DNA of 64,000 nt from Amoebidium appalachense (lineage: Eukaryota > Protista > Ichthyosporea). Numbering within the stretch: position 1 is the first letter of the stretch; each line of letters opens with the position of its first letter. This document shows positions 1-43,000 of the stretch, piece after piece. Under the pieces are notes generated by a model. The model was given only the letters and a program-made list of their open reading frames with translations. It was not told where the DNA came from and searched no databases. The position numbers and the translations under genes are program-made. The stretch covers positions 17,703,615 through 17,767,614 of the forward strand of contig CAVNZM010000002.1 in assembly GCA_963693365.1 (NCBI GenBank), in the 5' to 3' direction.

Positions 1-218
1 CCCCCCCCCCCACTTCCACCCCCACCCCGCGCGCCCTTCCCCCCCCACTGACACACACACATACCCGTTTTTGATGCTAACACCACCACAACTCACACTT
101 GATCTAGCAGGTCCGGAGCCTCCCTCTCACTTTTCAGTTGGTTGCCAATTTGGCATGTACCTCTGTTGTTTTCGTGTACATGTACATATCAATATGCCAG
201 ACAACTATGCCACGCACA

Positions 219-240
219 CACGGCCATCTAGATGGCCGTG
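219..240. repeat. Perfect 22-bp palindrome CACGGCCATCTAGATGGCCGTG
   Basis: Directly self-complementary. The 14-mer CACGGCCATCTAGA recurs at 57739-57752 and 57756-57769. Confidence 0.9.
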
Positions 241-822
241 CACGCACACTGCTACTAAATGGCTAAAAATAGAGCAAGTGCAATGGTTGGCTCACAGCGC
301 ACCGTTATAACCATATTTGGCAAGTGCCATGAGCCACCTGCAAAACGTTGGCGTCACTCGTTACGGCATGCGACTTCAGGCGCAGCCGGCAACCTTTGTT
401 TGGTCAAGGTTTGCAACTTGGTGTGGGTTTTCAGCTTGCTAACTACGTGTGTGTTACCTGTTACACATAGATCTAAGCTCGTGGTGTTACTTGGACAGCA
501 GTGGCGTTTGTATTACTTGTTTTGCGACAACGTGCCGTGTGCCTTGTGTGCACGTAGGGGTGCGGACGTGTTAGCGGCCCGTGAACGTGCACATGGGCTA
601 AACCCGGAGCGCACCTAGCTCCACCAGCTAGCAACCACACCCTCAGACAAGTAGGGATATCCGCAGTTTGTTGTGTGCTTCAGGCCAAAGGTTGGCGCAG
701 CAGCTGAAAAACCTGCGGGATGACGTAACCACAGCAGGGCACGAGGCCACGCACAGCAAACATGTCGCTCAACCTGGACGGCAACATACCCCGCTCTCGG
801 AGCTTCAACAACTTCGGAGGAG

Positions 823-1070
823 GTGGGTGTTCACACTCGCATGGGTACTAACTTGATTTCAAGGGAAAAAAATGTAAACGAGTGTTGTTACTCGACTGCC
901 TGCTCCCCATCCATGCCTTTCTTGCCCGCTCCCTCTAATCTCTTTTGTTGGCACATGGGAACAGAACTGGTTGTACACCTGTGCCCTCCTTGCGTATGAA
1001 GCAACTGACTGTGGCATGCCGTTGTACTCTACCAGAGTATGAAGTAGGTTTGACAAGAACCTCCACACAG
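823..1070 (+). other. Probable 5'-UTR intron of intersectin
   Basis: GTGGGT donor at 823, the commonest donor in this gene, and a TTGAC...CACACAG acceptor ending 5 nt before the ATG. Confidence 0.45.
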
Positions 1071-1075
1071 GGATC

Positions 1076-17150
<16,075 letters not shown>

Positions 17151-17998
17151 ACTTGTATTAGTTATTGTACATGTTAGTATTAGCAATTCGAATGTATAGT
17201 GTTTGATTTGGCATGAATGTAATAGATGACCCCGCTACCAGACCTAATGCTGCATTTTAATGCAACGATCATTTACTGTAATGCTATGTATTCAAGATTC
17301 GGTCCGTACATGTACACGGGCACATAGGCATGGCACATGTATACGTGGTCAGGCATGTGTTCTGCGTATGTGAAATAAACCAATGCCAATCGTAATATAT
17401 ATTGCAGTGCATGTGCAGGTGACAGGAACTTTCACCAAGCAATTCTGCCACAAGGTATCTGTCGCTGTAACAAGACTGCACCCCTGACCACCCAACCAAT
17501 TGCTCCGGCCATGCATGGTGGTACACGTGTTCATGCCGACCCACACTACACGTACACATGCATATTCCTGTAGCTACTTTTTGTCGGTTTGTTTTTACGG
17601 TTATGGCCGCAAGCGATCTGGTGTACACGTGGTGACATCTGGACGCCCAATGATACAAAAAAATGTTTGTTGTTGCATGACATACATAGTTGGTGCGGTG
17701 CCGGCACATCATGATCAACACTAGCAGAATTGTTGCTGGACACAACGTCACACATACATGCACATATGTTTGTCACGCGGCACTCATGATCAAAGATGGA
17801 GGGGAAGGGGGGGATTCGGGAGGGGGAGGAAGGGCTGAGGCATAATTAGGCTGCTCATATGCAGGAACCCATGCTAAGTATCATAAATCGCTTACTGAGA
17901 TGCATACATGTACAAATGACCCCCTTCTCCGGCCCCCCGCCCCTGCGCAGACTCGTGTATACATATCAGACCTTAGGGAGATTACATAGAGCAATATA

Positions 17999-18037
<39 letters not shown>

Positions 18038-18589
18038 TCTCTCTCTCCCGGGGTTTGAAATTAGTCCCCGAATCCCACAACGCCATAATGAGTGGTGGGG
18101 ATAACATCATCTTGGCACTGCGCCGACCTTTCACGCCGTGTGACAGGTGCTGTGCCAACCTGTCGTATTTATATATCATGATAACACGTGGCCTTTGTGT
18201 TTATGAAACATACACTTTACTATGTAAAGCAATATAAGAGGTCCATACACTACATTCCACAGTTTCTGGATTGAGCTCGAGACTTGTTAGACTGCACATC
18301 TTATTGCACACAATGATTTAATAGTCGTTCATTGTAACAACACCAGGCATTCATTCGCTGGGTCTTGCACCCATTATATATCTACAACATCAACAGTCAT
18401 TCTATCAGCGGTTTCGTGTCAAGGATAAGGGCCAGCCTTAACCTATTCACACACTTCAGGAAGTATCAATCGTACTTTTTTCAACTAACACATTCATCTA
18501 CACTTACACAATTGATACAATACATTCACACTGATTCCACTACCCCAACCACTACCATTCATTCACCTCCTATTTTCTTTCATCGTCAT

Positions 18590-19075
18590 TCAACAGTCCG
18601 GCCACTTAGCCTCCATATGCCTTAGTGCCATATCTACCGTCCATCTCTTGCTACAATCCACCGTCAGCAATCCCCCCAGCACCTCCTTTATGTGTGCACT
18701 CAACCCCTCCATCACGGCACAGCCACCCTGAGTCTGCCTGATGAAGTTAGGGCATGTGGGCCGTGCACTCTGCCAGGGAAAGCGGCCACACAGCAGCACA
18801 TAGAGCACCACACCCAGGGACCAGGCATCACAGGCCTTGAGGTCGATGGAGCTGGCTGGCCGCATGGAGAACAGCTCTGGTGAGGGAGGATGTGTTAGTG
18901 TCTTCCTCTCGGCTTCAACTTATTCCCCCCGCTCTCCCCCCGTCTTTCACCAACGCACAAGCACAAAGGCCTAGATAGAGGAGCTTTCTTTTGGCCCTTA
19001 ATATTAGTTGATAAATACCAACTTAATCCTTCTCTACTGTTTTTATCAGTCGGAAATGAAAATGAAATACACCAA

Positions 19076-19115
<40 letters not shown>

Positions 19116-19268
19116 CCTCTCTTTCACCAACGCACAAGCACAAATACCTAGATAGAAGGAGCTTTCTTTTGGCCCTCAATATTAGTTGATAAATACCAAC
19201 TTAATCTTTCTTTACTGTTTTTATCATTCGGAAATGAAAATGAAATACACCAATACATGTGTGTGTGT

Positions 19269-19305
<37 letters not shown>

Positions 19306-19824
19306 CGTGCGTGCGAGTGCGGCGCATTGTATGGGAAGAGGCATAGTGGTTCCTTTCTTTGTGGCACACATCACGGTAGAGCAGAGGGTATGTAATTGCT
19401 TGTGTGTGCAGACGTGTGCTGTGTGCTGTGTGCTCTGTGCTGTGTGTGTGTGTGTGTGTGTGTTTAAAGAGAGCAGTAACCTTTCCTGGAGACACACCAC
19501 CCACCTGGTGCCATATATGGTATGGACCCCACGGCCTTCAGAAAGCTCTCACCCACGTGGGTGGCCTGCTCCAGGTCGATGATTTTGACCAAAAGGCGGC
19601 CGTTGGGCAGTCGCTCAACCCCAATGTTGTCGGGCTGGGGAAATACAACGGTAAGAACACACAAAGCAAGCTGAAACGGGCCTTGTTTTGCTGGTAAATT
19701 CACACGGGAGCTGTTGCAGGCGATACAGTACTACCCATGTATTTTGTTGTGCCGAAATTTCTACACGTAGACTGCTGCCGTGCAATACTACTAATTTAAA
19801 AAAGGCACCAGGGCTATGCACAGT

Positions 19825-19858
<34 letters not shown>

Positions 19859-20006
19859 CCCAGAAAAAAAACAAACAAAAAACCATTTGCTATATATACA
19901 CCGGACCCACACGACACATATGCCCACCCCAAAAAATCACCGAAACTACGCCCTGTTAAAATAGAGATCAGAAAAATATTAGCGACCTTATCCCTCTGTG
20001 GCACCA

Positions 20007-20052
<46 letters not shown>

Positions 20053-20830
20053 AAAAAAAAAAAAAAAAAAAGCCACAGCCACAGCTGGCCAACACACACA
20101 CACACACGCACACACGTACACACACACGCACACCCACACACCCACACACAAGGACATTATACCTTAATATCACGGTGCACATATCCCCGTGTGTGCATAT
20201 GGCTGAGGCCCTGTGCTATCTGCACGAGCACACGTGCAGCCGCCTCCTCCCCTATACCCTTGTTAACGGGTATGTGGTCCGCAAGGTCTCCGTCGGTAAG
20301 GTGCTCGTAGACAAACACCATCACTGTAGGCTGCTCTATTGCGTCATACAGCGCGACAATGTTCTCGTGAGGGCCAATGGCTCTGTGGGGAGAAGGAAGG
20401 TGTGTGTGAGCAAGGGGTGAAAAAGTGAGAGGATCATTAAGAATAAGCTGTGTGGTTCCATATGCGTGTTCTCACGACACGTTGAAGCATGTTCGAGTTG
20501 CACATTAATGCTGGCCCCTGCTTATGCACGCCCAATGTACGTCAAACCCTTGGGGAACACGGACCACCAAAAAGCCCGATTCTACACCCTTGAACCCAGA
20601 TGTGGCGTCAAGCGAGCGCAAAATCACGCCACACACCTGATGGCCTCCATTCTCTTCTTCATCCTGGGCAGCAACACCCAGGTCTTGGGCACCTTCTTCA
20701 CCACCACGGTGCGCTCTGTGGCCCCGTCAAAACACATCTCGACGTTGGACGTCAACTGCGCCTTGTGGCTAAACCGGGGCGAATACAGCGTGCTGCATAC
20801 GCTGGTTGCCACTGCTACGTCAGCACCCAT
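18590..20830 (-). CDS. Atypical Ser/Thr protein kinase (CAMK-group-like), 4 exons
   Basis: Exons 20830-20637, 20382-20163, 19634-19505 and 18876-18590 splice in frame with GT-AG. Motifs: VVVK, HENIVALYD, YEHLTDGDL, HRDIKPDNI, KIIDLE, GSIPYMAPE, DAWSLGVVLYVLLCGRFPW, R in subdomain XI. Confidence 0.85.
18943..19302. repeat. Intronic tandem duplication, period about 177 bp, each copy ending in (GT)n
   Basis: TCTTTCACCAACGCACAAGCACAAA...GAAATACACCAATACAT(GT)n starts at 18943 and 19120, with few substitutions between copies. Confidence 0.9.
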
Positions 20831-20934
20831 TTTCTCACCCTGTGTACTACAAAAATATTTGGTGAATGAGTGACGAAAAAACGTAAACATCAGCAATATA
20901 TGAAGCGAAGCATGCATGGAAACAGTCGAGGTCT

Positions 20935-21130
20935 GAATCTGAGTCATGCGAACGAGACTGACTTCACGCGTTCACGTGATCAGTGCAATTTGCTGCGAGC
21001 CATCTTGGCAATAGCTGTGCGTGACATTCCCCAGCAAAGAGGCTTATTATTGCTTTAATCCGGCTAATAAGCTTTAAATACCAATAGGAGACGCAGAGTA
21101 TCTAGCCAATCGGCTTCATGCACCAATAGA
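20935..21130 (-). promoter_or_regulatory. Putative kinase promoter: TGAGTCA, E-box TCACGTGA and three CCAAT boxes
   Basis: TGAGTCA at about 20940, TCACGTGA at 20972-20979, and CCAAT at about 21082, 21106 and 21123, all 100-300 bp upstream of the ATG. Function is inferred. Confidence 0.4.
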
Positions 21131-21904
21131 ATTTGATTTAACAAAAGCATCTCCTCTTGCAAGCTTGTCACATAAACCGTTACTACCACACCGTAGTGTA
21201 TTGTATCTTTTAAGCGGAAGTTTTCTAGCGCAGTATGTACATTAGTATATATTAGGAGGTTTATAATTGCCAAATTGTGTGTAGTATTATACACACGTAT
21301 CTTACATATCAGGCCAGTGGGAGGCCAATACCGCAGGTGTATCGAGTTCCGAAATAATTGCATACCCTGGCTTATTACTTCCGAAGATTCCCCCAACACC
21401 CATGGGGCGTTTCACTTGCTGCATCATCTCCTTTTTATAATGTTTAGGGAAGACTGTCTGGCTGTATACACATAAAGTTGTATAGAATAATAAAAGAATT
21501 TAGACAACTATTTATTTGAATTTTATTTTGCCCAGGTTTATTGGATGCGCATCTGACTCATGATCATGATCATTTAACTTGATTTTTAATTTCCTAGTTA
21601 TTTTCTAGAGCGAAATTTGAAAACAGTATACAGATCGGAGAAACCCGAGTATCATATGGCGTCATCATCACATCCGAGAGTGTCCAATAGGAACGCGGCA
21701 GTTCGTGTGGAATTTAGAATGCGTGGGACTCGCGTGGGGCAGGAATTCCGTCCGGTGGGCCGGCAGAAATAAACCCGAGTGTCTCACGGTGGCCATATGC
21801 ATGGGCCATGGTGTGCATGCATTGCGGACCCGGCGGCATTGCAATGAGGCATCAGTCAGTGACACACCACCATTCTGGGGGGGGGGGGAGCAATGGAATG
21901 AAGC

Positions 21905-22780
21905 TTCCGAGCACCTCGTATTTATCGATTTTAAGAACGCGTACGACACGGTCGACCCCCCTCGCCTGTGGGCCAAGTTGGCCACTTGCGGTGTCCCATG
22001 GATTCCAAATGGGTCGGCTACTGAAGCCTTTGTTTAACGTTTACACGTGGACGGGCGGTGGTTAATGGGCGGCTATCCCCAGGGTTTACCCGCACGCGCG
22101 GGGTACTTCAAGGGTCCCTGCTAAGCCCACTTCTTTTCAACCTGTATATTGATGATATAGCCGACGCTCTTTCTGCGGCACAAATTGACGGGGGGTTGCC
22201 ATCCCAGGCTCCCCCCGCCCTCTTCAAGTTTTGCCGACGATATTGTGCTTACGTCATCCGATCCTATCGAACTACAGCAATATATTCGTGTGGTTGAACA
22301 TTGGTGCCAGCGCAACGATATGAAGGTTAACGTCAGAAAGTGTGCCTTTTTATCAAAATCGATACCGGCATGGGACGACGTTTGTATATTCGGCAGTCCC
22401 CTCCCTCGCCCGATCGAATTTAAGTATTTGGGGGTTCCGGTGGATGAGGGTTTAGGGTTTAGTAACAACCCTAAACCCTAATTATAACCCTTTAGGGGCA
22501 TATGTGTCGCCCGTCGGGTGGAGAGTGCAGGCAGGTGTCTTCGTTTATTTAGAACCCTAAATCACGAGTCTGGTTTCGGCGTTTACTAAGTTGAAGTTGG
22601 ATGGTCTACTGTTTTTAGCCCTAATTGCTTGCCTTCAAAGGGGGTAAAACGTTTTGAAGCCAATCAAATGTGTTGAAAGTAGCTTTTAAGCTTTTAATGG
22701 ACAGATTTGAGTAATGCGATTGGGCGTCAGCGCATCACCTAAATGTGCCAATGTTGCCGCTTGCTATCGGGCTTACCAGA
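21905..22780 (+). pseudogene. Decayed LINE reverse-transcriptase fragment, same family as the intact element at 27806-32340
   Basis: Frameshifted pieces FIDFKNAYDTV..LWAKL, VNGRLS.GF.RTRGVLQGSLLSPLLFNLYIDD, FADD and FKYLGVPVD align by eye with ORF2 of the intact LINE. Weaker similarity (RRVESA, LKPI) continues to about 22780. Confidence 0.85.
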
Positions 22781-22974
22781 ACTGCCTTGTCAAGCTGACT
22801 GACATTTCACGTTCAGAGATATTTCAAAGCTTGGATAAAAACCTACGTTCAAAATAAATGCAGCTTGCACTGCTGACCTACATACGTGCACAAGGAATTA
22901 CTCGCAACAGGCCAAGCAGCCGACTTGCTGTGCACCCCTTGGTTGCCGGGCCTATGTTTGGTGGGTGCTGGCCC

Positions 22975-37844
<14,870 letters not shown>

Positions 37845-38011
37845 GTTGATTCTCTGTGCGTGTGAAGGCGCAATGAGGTAATTTTTTATAGCTATTACTA
37901 GAACACGACCTATATTTCAAGCTCCACGGTTTCTGGGCGAATAAGTTGCTGTGCTCCAAAATGTGCGTGCATCGCACCAAAAACAAGCAAAGTGCAGCAT
38001 GCTGAAGGGCC

Positions 38012-38045
38012 AGCTACTGATTGGTGCAGGGTCACGTCACGTTGC
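38012..38045 (-). promoter_or_regulatory. Putative GPC1 promoter elements (CCAATCAG box and CRE/E-box-like TGACGTGAC)
   Basis: CTGATTGG followed by GTCACGTCACG about 170-200 bp upstream of the ATG. A TGATTGG box is also present at about 51830 and 58209, upstream of other genes. Confidence 0.45.
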
Positions 38046-38658
38046 AGAAATGATTACGTAACAGCGTGCCGTGGGTGGCTCACAGCATTCCACAGCATTG
38101 CCCCCACGGTAGTAGCTCACGGTAGTTGCATTGGGTTTCTATCTTCCTCTGCAGCTGTTGTTTGTGCACACACATGTGTGGCCGGCAAGCACACACTATC
38201 ATAGGTGTTTTGCAAATCTGCATGTTGTATTGTTTCACATCTTTATTGTTTGGACGTTGGCTGTCCTATAGACCTGCCAGAACAAGTGACTGTAACGTTG
38301 GTGTTCATGGCTACCTTTTACGGCCGCATGTGTGCAGAAGGGATCCTTGATTTGAGACGGGGACGGAGGTAGTAGGCCTACGTTGAATTTTAAATTTTAG
38401 AGTGGAGGGGATTCTCAAGGGACCCAAACACCCTTATCCCCCACCCCGCCCTAAATTCCCCACGCTTTTTTTATGGGACCTGTCCCGCCTCGAGGGGGTG
38501 GGTTTGGGGGGGGGGAAGGCTTGGGGGGTGGGGGGGTGGTGGTTGGGGGGGGGGGGAAGACCCACCCACCCCACAGGGCCGGCTAGCTACATGTACAGGG
38601 AGAGAAGACGAGTGGTGGGGGGGGGTCCAGGGGGGTGTTTTCTACTCTCCCCCCCCCC

Positions 38659-38694
<36 letters not shown>

Positions 38695-40264
38695 TTCAAA
38701 ATTCCCGAAGTTGTGTGCAGCCGGTGTGCAGCATTTTTACATGGTGCACTTGGCAACAGCGGTGTACACGTGCACACACACGTGGCCTTGACCATATATT
38801 ATCGGACGTACACCTGTGACGGGACAGAGGTAGTCAGATTTTTCTTCCCATTATTTAAGCTCCCAATTTTTAATATCATAGTCTTGTGTTTTGAATACAG
38901 CGTGGCCACAAAGACCAAGTTAAGATATGTATGCATGCGCATCTATTTGTCTGCATCATGCCCCTTTCTGGACATCCAATTTGGTCGCCCAATAGGAGTA
39001 AACATATTAACCGGCTCGAGCGTGCTAACAAGACGTAGGGCTACCTTTCGTAAAAACGGTTTTTTCCAGTTTCCTTATATGGCTAATCTGATCGAACCGG
39101 ATTCGATCTGGACCAATCATAAATACCCCTTAGCAGAGTTTTCTCGTTACGACACGTAGGGCTACCTTTCGCGTTACTGCCCAGAGACTTTCTCGTGTCA
39201 TGCCCCCCCCCCCCCACCCCCCCCCCCCCCCAACCCCCCCCCCCTCCCGCCCTCTCCGCCGTGCTGCTGCTGAGATGCCCTCAGTGCCAGCCTCTGCCTA
39301 CGTAGGGCTCGTGGGAATAGACTGCGAATTATAAAACCCCCCCCACCCACCCACCCACCCCCACCTCCTCCCACCTCAACACACACACATACACAACTTT
39401 TAGATCAATAAGATATTGCACCCACAAAAACAGATGAAAGACAGGAAAGAAAGCCTTCCAAATGTAATTTTTTTTGGAGACTACAGTAACTCAATTTCAA
39501 AGTTCAACAGTGATTGTAATAGGTGGGTGGGCAGATCACGTGCACGGGGTGGGTGTGCTGTGGTGGTTTTTGTGTGGTGGTGGTGGGGGGGGGGGGGGGG
39601 GGGGGGGAGGGGGGGGGGAGGGGGGAGGGGGGGGGGGGGGGGGGGGGGATGGGTGGGGAGGAGATGGGTGGGACGGGGCGGGGCGGGGAGGGGGGAGGGG
39701 GGGGAGGGGGCTATACGTTTTTTTCAACGTAAATGGAGATGAGGATTGTGGGGGGGGGATGGGGGGGGATGGGGGGGGAGGGAGGGAAGGGAGGTGAGCT
39801 CGGGGAGGGGGAGTTCGAAAAGGCAACGCCATGAGGATCAATTGGTTTAGAAAGGCTCTTGAATTCGATACCGCTGTAAGGTAAATTAAATAAGTAAGTA
39901 CTTGTTAGAATGTAAGTGCAAGTTTCCTGTCGAGAAACAAGTCAACGCGACAACCAAGCAGCGGACCGGCTAGAGGGACTTGAATGCTACTGGGGAGGGA
40001 GGGGGGGGGGATGTTCTTTCTGTGCAAGCTTTGGAAATGACAGACACGTGCAACGTTCTTGTAAACATTGGAGTCCTCTACATACCTTGCGGATGCTTAC
40101 TTGGTCTGAAACAAACATAATGAAAAATTATATAGGGTGTGGGTCACGGTGTGCGACGAGTTAGAGAAAGAGGGCGTGGGTTTTGCAGCCGCTAACGCGT
40201 CACGCGCGGCACTGCTCGCTTCACTATCTGCATGCTCGTGTGATAATATTGATTACGTACGCCC

Positions 40265-40326
<62 letters not shown>

Positions 40327-40707
40327 ACACGTGACGTATGTGTGCATGTAATCGTGTGTATGTTGTACGCATGTAATTCAAGTGTGTGTGTGTGCGTGCG
40401 TGCGTGCGTGTGCGTGTGCGTGATGTGTGTGTGTGTGTGTGTGTTGCGTGTGTGTTGTACACGTGACACATGTGTGCATGTGGTTGTGTGTATATTGTAC
40501 GCGTGTGTGCAAGTGTGTGTGTGTGCTTGTGTATGTGTGTATGTTGTACACGTGCGTGTACATATGTGTGTATGTGTGTGTGCGTGTATCTCTGCACACA
40601 TCCCCGGTGTTTATGATGCGTGCAATTTCCAGCTACAGCTGTTGCACAAGCCATTGAACGCTAGTAAACACGAAGACAGCAAATCCAAACCACATGCAAC
40701 TGCAACC

Positions 40708-40800
40708 AGCTTAATCATAACGCAACATGGCATGATCGATAGCTTAATCATAACGCAACACATGATCGATAGCTTAATCATAACGCAACACATGATCGAT
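40708..40800. repeat. Minisatellite, 3 copies of a unit of about 30 bp
   Basis: AGCTTAATCATAACGCAACACATGATCGAT is repeated. Confidence 0.9.
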
Positions 40801-41044
40801 ACGCACGCATTGACCACGCACAAAGCTCCGACGCCCGAGTAATATGAGGCACATCGATCGACGGTCAGCATCATGGATTGCCCGCGCAAATACCCCCCCC
40901 CCCCCCCCCCCCCCCCCCGTCCACACACACACACACACACACCCGGACCCCCCTTCCTCCCTCCCCCCACCTCAAAAAAAAAGAAAAAAGAAAAGAAACG
41001 CACAAAAATTCTTACCACACCCATGAAAACAAAAAGGCTTAGTG

Positions 41045-41179
41045 GTGCATTGTGGACGAGATATCGCATAGCGGTGCACTATGGACGAGATAGCCATAGT
41101 GCACTGTGGACGAGATAGCCATAGTGCACTATGGACGAGATAGCCATAGTGCACTGTGGACGAGATAGCCATAGTGCAC
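41045..41179. repeat. Minisatellite, about 5 copies of a 25-bp unit with a palindromic core
   Basis: Unit GTGCACTRTGGACGAGATAGCCATA. Junctions between units form CCATAGTGCACT(A/G)TGG. Confidence 0.9.
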
Positions 41180-41642
41180 GGTGTGCTACTGTGTATGTGT
41201 GCTTCCCTAGGACACTGTGTACGGTTCATTAGGCAAATGACTGCGTGCCATGCACACTTGTAAGTAGGGCATGCATGTGCACCAAAAATATGTGTGTGTG
41301 AGTGAGGGAGGAGGAGGGGGGGAGGGGGGGGGGGTCGTTTCTTTTGACAAGTGACGTAGCGAATGGTAAGGGGGAGCAGTTCCGATGGAATGTTTGGCGG
41401 CTCAAATAAATACTAATGATTCGTTTTATTATGACAGGCAGCTCCTTTCAACAATTCATGCTGCTAATTAGCATTTCATTCACTGCATATCTCATCAGTC
41501 ACGCCACGTGGCACATCTACCTCTATGCGCACGTGGCAAACACACATCACGTGTGCACATAGCTGCCGGCAGCTCTTTCTGCTACTCATTCCATCCGCCC
41601 CCCTCCCCCCCGCACCCCAAAACACTACACATACACACACAC

Positions 41643-41684
<42 letters not shown>

Positions 41685-41893
41685 TTTGGTGAGAAAAAGA
41701 AGTAAAAGCATACGACCTTTTAACATACCAGGGACTCAAAATGAAAGCGCACAGAAATACGAGCACCATACGCGGTAGAACCAAACACAATTACCAACGA
41801 TCAGCCACCCACTCCATGCATGTGGCCTAATAATAGTAGTGTGTGCCATGCACCTATGCACCCCCCTGCACACAGTACACCACACTTCTATTT

Positions 41894-42393
41894 TTAGTCG
41901 CTGTCCCCCTCGTCCTCCTCGTCCGTACTGGACAGATCCTCCTCCAGCCACTCCTGGTCCTGCACAGTGTCCTGCGCCCAATTATATGTCAGTGCCCAGT
42001 GTCCTGCGCCCAATTATATGCCAGTGCACTGTGTGCATGCAGTGCATGCAAGGTATCTGAATGCACTGTGTGCATGCAGTGCATGCAAGGTATCTGAATG
42101 CACTGTGTGCATGCATGGCTTATGAAGCATCTGAATGCACCGTGTGCATGCGTGGCATATGAAGCATTGGAATGCACCGTGTGCATGCGTGGCTATGAAG
42201 CATTGGAATGCACCGTGTGCATGCATGGCATATGAAGTATCTGAATGCACTGTGTGCATGCATGCAGTAAGCCATCATGCCGGCGCCTTGCAGGCCTCGC
42301 GAGAAAAGTTTTTGGTAGGTACCCTTTTTCCTCAACCTTCTCTCTTTCTGTTTCTCCTTTTCTCCTTCCGAAGTTCCCTCCCCCCCCCCCCCC

Positions 42394-42449
<56 letters not shown>

Positions 42450-42953
42450 CGCCTTTTTTTCCCCCCTGCATCACTCCACAGGGTTTCACACAGTTGCACA
42501 CTACGTACCTGGACCAGCTCCCAGGCATCCAACTTGCCCAGGTCCAGAAAGTACAGGTCGGCTAGCGTCACCTGGGGGAGGGGGAGGGGAGGGGGGGGTT
42601 AGGTGTGTGTGCGTGCCCCGGCACCTACTCGGTGGTCGTGTTGCCTCATAAGGGCATACCGAAGAATAAGCGCCCATCCAATACCACACCACCATCAGGG
42701 AGAGACTCAGTCTGGCCTTGCCTCTATGGCAGCCATTACGTTCTGTGCCAATACTAGATGGCCTGCATGCAGCAACCATCACGCCACACCTTCAGGGAGC
42801 CACTTGCACACAGACACGCAGCAGCAGCACACACCTGCTTGTCGCCCATCTCGTAGTAGCCCCCATACAGATACAGCACTCGGCCCTTGACCGTCAGCCC
42901 AACATTGGCACGTGGACGTGGCCACAGTCCATCACCAACACGCCTGTGTGTGT

Positions 42954-43000
<47 letters not shown>

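Noticed and set aside
111-266. Possible terminal exon of an upstream gene after CTAGCAG
   Set aside because: The peptide is not recognisable and the context is cut by the window edge.
41045-41179. CRISPR-like palindromic array
   Set aside because: The spacers are identical and only 9 bp, there are no cas genes, and the context is eukaryotic.
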